Positions 54,195-64,000 of a stretch of DNA of 64,000 nt are shown here, one piece after another. The stretch covers positions 15,562,001-15,626,000 of the forward strand of contig CM022672.1 in assembly GCA_012295275.1 (NCBI GenBank), in the 5' to 3' direction. Within the stretch, counting starts at the first letter, position 1; each line of letters opens with the position of its first letter. Origin of the DNA: Chrysomallon squamiferum (lineage: Eukaryota > Animalia > Mollusca). The notes beneath the pieces were generated by a model. The model was given only the letters and a program-made list of their open reading frames with translations. It searched no databases and had not been told where the DNA came from. A program made the translations under genes and the position numbers.

Positions 54195-56994
54195 CAGTGT
54201 AAAAACCATAACATTCCATAAAACTTGATCGTGAAATTCAGAATGTTACCGTCTTTGGTCTAGTAGTAATTTTCTGAAGTTGTTATGTTACAGTAGCAAT
54301 CTTTGGTGCGTTTTAGAAGCTAGTGATTGCAGATAAAGCCATTTCTCCATGATAGTTTACAAAATGTGTTTTGCTATTACCTTTTAAAGCCCCAAAAAGT
54401 CATCCAATAAAAGATAGCAGTGTATTTTTATTCTTGGTTATTTTTGAAAGCTCACAGAAGTCGCATATTAAATGTATCTAAAATCATAAACACATTATTT
54501 TCAAAGAGTGTTTATTTGAATTGTTAATCTTGAATGATACCAAAATAATTAAACCTAAACATTGAAATTAGAGCATTCATACATGCTTGTTAAATTATTG
54601 TTCACAGTGATGCATTAACTACCAGTATATTTTAAATAACAACCAGTAGATAGTGACTGAAAGAGAGAGAGAAAGGTAGTGAGAAAATAATTATAACTTT
54701 GTGAAAGAGAGAAAAGGACATATAATTTGGGTGAATGAGACAGAAAAAAAGCAAATTGTATGTTTGAGTGAATGATTGATAGTGTATTTGAAAGAGAGAG
54801 TCAGTATTACAAATACTTCTAATTTGTATAATAAAGTCAGCATATGTTATTATTACTTTATTTGCAACAATAGTGATTGAAACAAATGTTAATAAAATGT
54901 GTTGACAATTCAGTAATATTCATTTAATCATTTTTATCAATGTATCTAAATATTAGGTATATAGTGGGTTTTTACTCTTTTTTTTAATTATTTGTTGTTT
55001 TTTCTTTGTTTTTGTTTGTGTGTTTTTAAAATAGTACTATTGCTAATACCAACATCACCATCACCACTGCCAATAATAGTGATAATTATAATAATGATGA
55101 TGATGATATCTGTTTTCATAAGTACTTGTTACCAGTGTGTCAGAAAATTAAAAAAGTAATTACAAAAAATAAGAAAACAGTTGGGTATGTTTTGTTAAAT
55201 ATGAAATAACATTCGTTTATTATTCTGTTGTTCTTCTAGTAATGTTTGTAAGAATGGCGTAAATTGATTGTTTTGTTATGTTTTATTATTTTTACACCTC
55301 AGTTTTATATATCAGACATACATGATGTTTGGGGTTTTTTCGCTATTAAACACCAATCAAATTGCTATGTTTCTAATTATTATTATTCTCCTGTTCATTT
55401 TTTAATTTTATTTCAATATAATATTACTTGTGGATGGATACAAGAGTTTACTGATGAGCAAATTGTAAATAAATAAATAAATAAATAAATACTATTAATA
55501 ATAATAACCTTAATTATAATAATAACAATATTTATTAGACTATTATAAATTCAGTTTAAAATGAAACCCCTAAAAAAAAAACTTTTCTTTTTCTATTTCT
55601 TTTTAAATATAAAAAAAAAAAAAGAAAAAAAAAAAAAAATTGAAATTTCGAAAATAAATAAATAATAAAATAACTGGCTACTGGCTACTGGCTACTGGCA
55701 GTTATTCTATGGTCATATATAATTATATTCTGACCACAGAATGACAGAAATAGCCAATTATATTTTTTGTTTTTAATATTTATTTTTTATACCATATCTT
55801 AATACATTTGATGGGAGTGGGCTGTTTCCATTCTAATCATTACTCTCCATAGCTAGTGTTTCAAAAGCCCTGTGTTAAACTGTCTTTAAGAAGATACGTT
55901 AGACATTAATTGGTAAGAGTAACACATATAATGGCAATGGCAGATTTCTTCTCACATATGTTATCAAACAATGGCTTGTACAAAATAATCGATGTAATAA
56001 TTAGTGAATTAGTTCATATGTTTATCTTTTATCTTTTTTTTTTTTTAAACATTGATTTTTGTTACTTTGTTTGGTTTGGAATAAAGTTAGTTTTATGTTG
56101 GTTATCTTGGTATATATCTTTTGTGTGTGTGTGTGTCTGTCTGTGTGTGTATAATGTGTATAATGCACATGTGTATTTGTGTGTTAGTATGTAGGTAAGG
56201 GTGTATGAGTGGCATGTACATACATCTGTACAATATTCAAAATGTTTAATTATGAATGAAAAAATAAAATAAGTAAGAATACAATGATCTTCCGTACAGC
56301 CTGTCTCATAATCCTCATCCTTCTTAAGAGTTATAAACAAATTTAAAATGATTTCCTTGAAAAAATAATGTGTAATACAAACTGGATTTGATGTAAAATA
56401 TTTGGTTGACCTTCACTGTTAAGAGTAGTGATATAGTAATATATATATATATATATATATGAAAGTTGAGATAATTGTATTATCAGTTTTATCTGATTGT
56501 TCTGAGAGAAGTGTATGGGTAATGGGATTAATTCTTTTCAGTATATCTGTAGTCTGTTTTCCATTCCAACCAGTGTCTATCAGAGGTTTATCAGAGACAA
56601 TATTTAATTATGAGACTTACATTTATACAGCAAGTTTCATCAATTATGATCTAATGTGCATAACAATACTTCCAAACTGACACAATAAAATTCAAAATCT
56701 AAAACACAGAGGAATAATAACTGAAATGAAAAATGTTCTTTCATGATTATTGAAAGGTTCTGATGATCAGAATAGTAATGAAAGTTATCATCAGAAAGTC
56801 ATGTTTCATAAATATAGTTAATCTATAAATCAATATTCATTCATTCATTCATTCATTCATTCACACATTTAAAATATGACAGTTTAACACTAATTTGGAT
56901 TCTGAACACAATGAACAAAGCATAAACACTCCGTTAGTCAGTTAGAGACTTCTCATCCCAACTTTTTATTTGTTAATTCTGATATCTGTTTCAG

Positions 56995-57375
56995 ACCACT
57001 GCGATTGCCTCAGCGAAAAATGGCAGTGAAGAAGAAGCGATGGCTATATGCAGCAGCCTCATCAACAACAACGATCCATTTAACAATATGTATTCAAGAC
57101 GAGTGCGAGAAGCCAATTTTCAGTGTGAAATTTGTCACAGAACTTACACACACATGAAAAGTCTCAACAGACACAAGGTGTCACACGTGTATTCTATAAT
57201 GTGCAGAAAATGTACCATCTATTTCGACTCAGAGGAGGCTCTGAATACCCATAATAAACTGAAACACTCACCAGTCCAGTGTGCTGTGTGTGGAAAAACA
57301 TTTTCTTCGATATCCTGCAGGAAGAATCATCAGAAAAGCTGTAGGGGTTTTGTTGAAGGAGCAAATGGTAGTTAG
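56995..57375 (+). CDS. Variable terminal exon V12, three zinc fingers (C2H2, C2H2, C2HC), paralogue of V11
   Basis: Acceptor TCTGTTTCAG, phase 0; CEIC..HKVSH, CRKC..HNKLKH, CAVC..HQKSC; shares SIMCRKCT with V11. Confidence 0.9.
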   Translation, partial: TTAIASAKNGSEEEAMAICSSLINNNDPFNNMYSRRVREANFQCEICHRTYTHMKSLNRHKVSHVYSIMCRKCTIYFDSEEALNTHNKLKHSPVQCAVCGKTFSSISCRKNHQKSCRGFVEGANGS

Positions 57376-57999
57376 ACCAGGCTTGCTGAAAAAACCCTTA
57401 ATAGGGGTAAACAGACCCCTACAGGGGTTTGAAAAAACATAAACAGAGTGTGTATTACATAATTATATGCATAAAGAATCAGTTTGTGTATTTGAATGGG
57501 ATGATGGCATCATTTTTATAAACATACCTTGAAATGAAACAAGTTTCATACACTGGAGAAAGAAAACACTGATTGTGACAGCAGATACACTTTCGAAATG
57601 AAATGTTTCATTATAATAAAAATAACATGACAATAAAAACATGTAAAATAAAGGAGTGTGTGTGTAAGCTTGAAAATGATCTATTTGTGTATTTCGAGTC
57701 AACATAATTGTGGTGTTGAATATACTTTCAAGATGAAATGGGTTTTATTACAATGAAAAAAGAATGAAAAAGATCATAATAATAATGATGTGTGTAACCG
57801 TTTTTATATACTTGTTAATAATAGTTTTGTATTCACAGTGAAAATTACCAATATAAACAGCAAACAATGGTTATTTTTAAGAGTTTTTGTTTTTTTTGTT
57901 TAACAGAAAGAATATTGTGTGTTTATATTGGGTATGTATGTATGTACCAACAATATTGATACAAGGAAAGTATTGTTTTACTTATGCATAATATTTAGT

Positions 58000-58260
58000 G
58001 GAAAATATATTTACAAAACTGATATGTTGAAGATTAGTTCAATGTTTAATGGAAAATATATTTACAAAATTAACATTGTTGAAGATTAATGGTATGTTTG
58101 TAGAAAATATGTTTGAAAAACTAAAATGTTGAAGATTAGAGGAATGTTGGTGAAGAAAATATGTTTACAAAACTAATGTGCTGAAGTTTAGAGGAATATT
58201 TAGGAAAAGATCTTTACCAAAGTAATGTGTTGAAGATTATTGCAGTGTTTAGAGAAAAGT
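58000..58260. repeat. Degenerate minisatellite, ~51-nt unit x ~5
   Basis: GAAAATAT(A/G)TTTACAAAACT...TGTTGAAGATTA recurs at ~58001, 58052, 58103, 58156 and 58204. Confidence 0.8.
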
Positions 58261-59136
58261 AATATATTTATTAGTCATACTTAAAATGAGTTATTCATCT
58301 GTGAAAAAGAAAATAAATAGAAAACATTCTAAAATACGTTTACTCTTTATAGCTATTCCTAATTTCAAGATGATGTTTTTATTATTATTATTATATGAGA
58401 CAATAAATGATTCTTATATCAATATATTCCATGTTCATCATTATTTTTTGACATTCTTCATTTTTTCTTATTCTTCTTCATCTTCTTCTTCTTCCACTTC
58501 TTCTTCTTCTTCTTCTTCTTATTATTATTATTAAATATTATTTATAACTTCTTGTTATTAAACATTCTAGGAGCTGAGTAAATATTCTCTCTTTTTTTTC
58601 TTTTCTTTTCTTTTTGTTGTTTTGGTCATTTTGAAATATCCATGTGGTTTTAGAAAACTGTTTTAATTATCTGACTGTAATATGGATGTTTATAATATCT
58701 TAACTAAACTTCTATAAGATATTACCTTTATCTTCCCCTTGGAAAGTAGAATTCTTTTGAATTGAGGATATAACAGGTTATGTTTTGAAATTTACTATTA
58801 TATGTATGTCTATATATGTATGTGTGTATGGTATGTGTATATGTATGTATATACGTGTGTTTGTATGTATATATATATATATGTGTGTATGAATGGGTAG
58901 ACTAAGATGACCACATTGTTAAACTACTTATGGTAAAGTTAAGTAAACTATGGTGTCCAATGTTTGGACAGAAGGTCATTTTCTGCATTAGCCACAGGAT
59001 CATGTTAACAAGTTTCCACTTACAACATTATTATACATTAAATATATGATTAACATATATTCAAATATATAAATATTAAATAAATCGTTCATTAGTTCTT
59101 TTAATTTTTACAGATGAGTAGCACTTTACACTCCAG

Positions 59137-59377
59137 ACTAATAGACACGCCAACAGTTTCACTGACTTCCCTGGTACACAAGAACAACTTAGCGGAAAGC
59201 GAGAAATGCGAGCCAGTGCTAGTCGAGATCCTGCTGGGACTCTGCTGAACCTTCTCATTGACCTGGTATTCACACCGACAGAGCTAGCAAACTCTAATGG
59301 GCTCGGATTGAGGTTCAGACACTCCGAAGACCCCAATAAGAAACCATTAGACCCAGCCAAAGTTGAAGCTATCAAAG
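59137..59377 (+). CDS. Variable exon V13a, N-terminal part of a BEN domain
   Basis: Acceptor ACTCCAG at 59136 is phase 0; TNRHANS...AGTLLNLLIDLVFTPTELANSNGLGLRFRHSEDPNKKPLDPAKVEAIK has the BEN hallmarks (L..vF..eeLa.sn..G ... LDp.kv.aIk); phase-1 donor AAAG|GTAAAT 59377/59378. Confidence 0.85.
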
Positions 59378-60759
59378 GTAAATGTTACACAGAAATGTTT
59401 TGTTAAAATGGATCTCTGTGTAGGGTGGAATAGTGAGTATCCTTTCATTGGATTGTTTTTCTAGTTCTTTAAATCTCTGGCAATAATAGGGGATAAGAAA
59501 AAAATGTATAACATGTCCCTGAAAAGGCATAAAGGCTGCCAATTTCCTCTTTTCTTTAATTTCATTTCATGCTCATAGATACATAAAATGTCTGACATAC
59601 TCATAGACTGAGAAAATCATTGCAAATTCCCTATAAATTCAGTTCATTAGGCTAATAAAAATTATATTTCTGTATTGAAATAATGTCAGAAAATGGCTAC
59701 TTAAGTGGGCTTGTTATATTTTCATATTAGGAAAGACTGAGGTCTAGTTATAACTATATAGTTTAGGCAAAACAAAATTTGGCTATTTTATGTACTAGCA
59801 GAGATACATTTTTATATTATCTTGTCCCTTTTTAATTCTTTCCTTTTGATTGTTTCATCATTTGTCTGGATGAACACTTGAAATGATTTGAGCACTGAAA
59901 GGATTTTTTTTTCAAATAAATTAAACTTAGAAGTTGAGGAAAAGGGTTAACATTTGCTTCTCTTTTTTATTTTTTCATTCTTTTGTGTTTTTTTGTTGTT
60001 TTTTTTGCCCCCTTTATTTATGGTTATTCTGTAATTTTCTCTTTCTTTTTTATGTCAGTGACATTTGTCCATTCACTTTTTTTAACATATTAGTTCACAA
60101 GTTTTCTAAAGATAAAAATAAAATTGAAATCTGGCTATGGCAGTTAGTGAAAAAGAAACTGTTTTATGATAGTTATGTGTAAAACATAATTTGTGAAAAA
60201 AAAAAAAAAATTTTTTTTTTCCTTTTATTCTGTTGCTGATGGTGGTATAGCTGGTTTTCAGTTTTAATATTGATGAAAGTACAATTGAAATTAATGCTAG
60301 GGTCAGAAAGTGAAATATTTCAGGAATGTAGATTTGAGAGATTTGGACCATTGTGGCTTTTTGTGTTTGGTATTACAGCCTTTTGAGATCAGCCATTCCA
60401 AGATATTTGACTAACATTAACCAAAACTCCGGAACTATTATCAAATTTTGTGGTATTTACTTTTCTATCTATAAGAAAGTGCACCCCTTGCTGCTAACCA
60501 AAAAAGACTAAACTGTGGGTTTTATCTCTCCTCATCTGCATGATCATGAAACATATAGTATTCAAATGTTGATTAAAATCAGTTTGTATGACACTAAATA
60601 AAATATTTTTTCTCCTATTCAAACTAACATGCAAATGACAAAATTCTGTAGCATACCATTTAAATGTCTTCTCAGTTAAAATGTGTTGGGTATGACTCAA
60701 AATAAAATATTTTTTTCTCAGACTAACACACGAATGACAAAATTGTGTTTGTCTTTCAG

Positions 60760-60896
60760 ATTATCTCAACTCAGTTTGCTTACAGAAAAATTGGCTAATG
60801 TTGTCACTCAAGGATGTCAATCGGAAGTTTACAAACAAGTGCTCGGGTGCGCGTAGACCTCGATGCGATTACAGCAAAAAGTCACAACATTACTGA
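60760..60896 (+). CDS. BEN C-terminal alternative exon V13b-1
   Basis: Acceptor GTCTTTCAG, phase 1; (D)YLNSVCLQKNWLMLSLKDVNRKFTNKCSGARRPRCDYSKKSQHY* completes the BEN domain. Confidence 0.85.
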
Positions 60897-61615
60897 TACA
60901 CAGCTTATATAGCAGCTTTCTCAAAATACCTCAAATCCCTTTACTCCAAGTGTTTGATACTCAGTTGACATTCATTGGCTGTTTCAATTTCTACCACAGT
61001 TGCTTGTTCTTTTCTTTTTTTCTCTCTATTTATAAATATATACATGTGTGTCTTTGTTGTTGTCTGTAAGAAAATACATAGTGACCAAATTTTCACTGAG
61101 TTTAATACAATGTGGAAAACAGTATAGAATCTGTTGTTTTAACAATAATTAGCCATCTGTTTTTATTAGTAGTATTTATTTATTTATTATTTTATTTATT
61201 TATTATTATTATTTCTTTTCTTTTTTCTTTTAATGTTTGCATTTTGAACTCAATTTATTAAAGTTCAGTAAATATTATTTTTATTTGTCAATGCTCAAAC
61301 CATTTATCTATTGATTTACATTGTATACTATTAGTACAGGATCATTCTTCCAAAGAAAGAAAATCCTTAATCTTAAAATTACATTTTCTCTCTCATAATA
61401 ACTTAAAAACCTTTCAGTTAAATCCATTCAAATCATTCAAAGGAATAAAAAGGGAAAAGATTATCATTTTGTTTATTATTTTTTTAAACAAATATAATAT
61501 TATCATTATTGCGATCCTCATTAACATCCTTATCATCATTATTGTTGTTATTTTCATTTCCTGGATGTGTGTGTAAAAATAGAAATCATTCCAAGAAAGA
61601 TCATCATTATTATTA

Positions 61616-61892
61616 TAGATTGAAAATGCTTTATCTGAAATGTTTGGGACCTGAATGTTTCTGATTTTGGAGTATAAGGAGATAGCTCAGAATAGGATCT
61701 AAAATAGAAATTATGAATTCTATTTTTTATTTCACATACAGCTTATGCAGATAATCTCAAGGATTTGTTATATAATATTTTTTATACCTTTGTGCATAAA
61801 ATAAAATTTGTGTGTGCCATATATCTGAAAACTGTAAGATATTACTACTTCTGCTGTTCAAAACATTTTTCAGATAAGGGATCATCAATCTT
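61616..61892. mobile_element. Degenerate non-autonomous pogo/Tigger-type DNA transposon (MITE)
   Basis: Imperfect terminal inverted repeats TAGATTGAAAATGCTTTATCTGAAA ... TTTCAGATAAGGGATCATCAATCTT, flanked by TA. The left end resembles Tigger4-like termini as I recall them (CAGGTTGAGTATCCCTTATCCGAAATGCTTGGGACC). Confidence 0.6.
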
Positions 61893-62062
61893 TATTATTT
61901 TTATATAGATTTTCTGTGTGTGCTTGTGTGTGTGTGTAAACACACTATCCTGTGTCTATGAAAAGGCAGAAACTATTCCAAGAGATAAAGAAACAAATTA
62001 CATAACAGTGCAGCTAACTGAAGTGATGAGTGGACTTTTCACAACTCTGTGGTTTATTTCAG

Positions 62063-62184
62063 ACTACATGCAGACAGTCCACCTGCGACTTGGTTGGGAA
62101 CTGCTTTCATCAAAGAAACTGCACAAAAAATTTGCTAACAAAATGTGTCATGCAAGAAGAGATCTGCGTCTTGTCATCACTTAA
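62063..62184 (+). CDS. BEN C-terminal alternative exon V13b-2
   Basis: Acceptor TTATTTCAG, phase 1; (D)YMQTVHLRLGWELLSSKKLHKKFANKMCHARRDLRLVIT*; aligns without gaps to V13b-1. Confidence 0.83.
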
Positions 62185-62324
62185 TATCAGTGACACTTTT
62201 ACAAAAATATACACTTCATATTTAGTTGTTTTATTGTCAGAATATATTACGTTTTTGTGAAAAAAAAAGGTTGAAATGAAGCAACACATCTTTTTTTTTT
62301 TTTTTTTTTCTTCCTTTTTTTCAG

Positions 62325-62440
62325 AACATCTGCAAACAGTGTCTGTTCAAAATGGCTGGGTTCCTCTTCAAGAAAAGCAGATTAATAGAAAGTTTAACAA
62401 CAAACGTACAAACTGCAAGCAAAAAATTTGGCCTAATTAA
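62325..62440 (+). CDS. BEN C-terminal alternative exon V13b-3
   Basis: Long poly-T tract + CAG, phase 1; (E)HLQTVSVQNGWVPLQEKQINRKFNNKRTNCKQKIWPN*; aligns without gaps to V13b-1/2. Confidence 0.8.
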
Positions 62441-63550
62441 TACGTAATCAACACCATAAACTGCCAAAGGTTGTCACTTCTTTGTGTCATTTTCCTTTCA
62501 AAACATGTTCATAAAGAAAATGTTTAAAGATGTAATAAAATTACTGTTATATTAAAATTGTTCTTTTTGTTTCTTTTCTTTTATGTGTGCAAATGTGTGT
62601 GTGTGTGTGTGTTGATGAATAGTCCATTACAATCATCATAAAATCATAATTGATACCATAATCATCAAACACAGTCTTAAGAAGTGGAAGTGTCTTCACT
62701 CATATCATCATCATTACATACAAAACACATGACTGGAGTGAATATAAATAATAAAATTAAAATAGTCAGGACAGGTCCTTAATCAGAAAATGTTGACTTG
62801 TTATTTTAGTAACTATTTAACATTTACAATTTAAACAAGCTCTTCAGCAGTCATCTGAATATTGTTTTATTTTAGAGCATGTATTTCTTTTGATTTTTTA
62901 ATGACTGTAAATAAATGCTTTCTGGAGTTAATTGAGTTATTTTATTTGAAGTAACACACTATGTGGTTAGAAGTGACATTGGCTGAATGCTTCTGGAGAG
63001 TGGAAAAAAGAAAATACCTTCTTTTTATTTTTATTCTTTTTTAAATACTTTTTTCTATTGATTTTTTTGCAAAATTTATTACAAAATAAGATATATTAAT
63101 AACTGTATATCAATGTTATTTGTTTCTTGCTCAAAAAGAAAAATTCATTTACTTGTTTACTGAACAAGAATACTGTAGATATAGACTTAAAATAATTGTC
63201 AGCCATTTATTTATAAAACAGTGTTAAAATATTTTCAGTCTTCATCTTCTACTCATGTTAACTGTTAACCTCATGAACAGTTTTAACAACTGCAGACAAG
63301 ATCACTCAGTGTCGTGATTCTTGTCAACTCTTGAATCCATTACTTCATTATTTAAGTGGTTTATCATTTTGAACTGGTCTGTTTTGCTAATTGAGTTAAC
63401 TGTTTCTGATGGCATTTACTAAGTGACATGGTTAATGTATTTCTATAAAGGTTTCATGTGAAGTTTAACTGTAGAAAACCACAGAGTTCTTGAAAACAAC
63501 CAAAACAGGAAGAATCTGAAAAAAAACAGTTATACTACCATTTCATAAGT

Positions 63551-64000
63551 ATGTCTTCCATTCTGGCAAGTGATAGTGTCCTTTACAAATCAAACAAACG
63601 TGTGGGATTGGGTGATATTACAAACACAGTTTGTGATAAAGAAATATCCAGAAGTGACACCAAGTGTTTTTGTCAATCATCTGTTTTCCCCGAGCCTGTA
63701 AAGATCTCAATGTTGAAGAAACAATCATTGAGAAAGAAATATAGCATTTCTGTGGAAGTTACTTCAGAAGAAATGCTAGTAAACAGAGAAGATGTTGGAA
63801 TAGTAAATGTAAAAGAAAATGTTTCAGGAATGCTTGTTGTCAGTAATGCATCTCCACTTGATGTGAATGAGAAACAACTAACAAAGACAGAAAAAACAGA
63901 GATGAGTTTTCAAGCAAGTGTCATTTGGGATGGAAACAAAATGCTTGATAATATTGTCAACAACTTTGAAAAAGCAATAAAATATGATTTGTTGCAGAAT
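63551..64000 (+). CDS. Open reading frame running off the window end, unknown product
   Basis: Frame is open from 63494 to 64000 (ATG at 63551: MSSILASDSVLYKSNKRVGLGDITNTVCDKE...), which is unusually long for this AT content. No domain recognised. Confidence 0.5.
   Translation, partial: MSSILASDSVLYKSNKRVGLGDITNTVCDKEISRSDTKCFCQSSVFPEPVKISMLKKQSLRKKYSISVEVTSEEMLVNREDVGIVNVKENVSGMLVVSNASPLDVNEKQLTKTEKTEMSFQASVIWDGNKMLDNIVNNFEKAIKYDLLQN

Noticed and set aside
33739-57375. A single long protein with tandem psq and ZF domains
   Set aside because: Each exon runs into an in-frame stop, and I saw no consistent donor site before the stops.
58000-58260. Regularly spaced repeats as a CRISPR-like array (also 39120-39290 and 50550-50810)
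   Set aside because: Degenerate tandem minisatellites without unique spacers, in eukaryotic DNA with no cas genes.
42644-59375. Minus-strand and shifted-frame ORFs overlapping variable exons (e.g. 42644-42859, 50811-51002, 53736-53990, 59076-59375)
   Set aside because: Shadows of GC-richer coding exons with no domain signal.
34032-62800. AATAAA hexamers after each variable exon as polyadenylation evidence
   Set aside because: Too frequent by chance at this AT content to be informative.

Overview
AT-rich, microsatellite-rich, intron-containing animal genomic DNA, most likely a spiralian/mollusc (inferred from gene content, not proven). It holds three transcription units. (1) A probable 5' exon of a minus-strand gene near 2.2-2.5 kb. 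(2) A two-coding-exon HOPX-like homeodomain-only gene (9594-9788 + 20053-20130). (3) The main feature: one + strand transcription-factor locus with two constant coding exons (25570-26134, 26581-27017; 334 aa, non-BTB N-terminal domain plus low-complexity linker) ending in a phase-0 donor. These are followed by at least 13 stop-terminated or branch-initiating phase-0 exons, each encoding a different DNA-binding domain: 10 pipsqueak-type HTH, 2 triple zinc finger and 1 BEN N-terminal half. The BEN half has three alternative phase-1 C-terminal exons of its own, giving at least 15 predicted isoforms. The architecture parallels Drosophila mod(mdg4)/lola/broad but lacks a BTB domain and mixes three domain classes. 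The psq exons share a conserved 19-nt acceptor motif, and the 12-nt reverse complement of its core lies in the intron after the constant exons. All splicing is inferred from sequence; there is no transcript evidence here.
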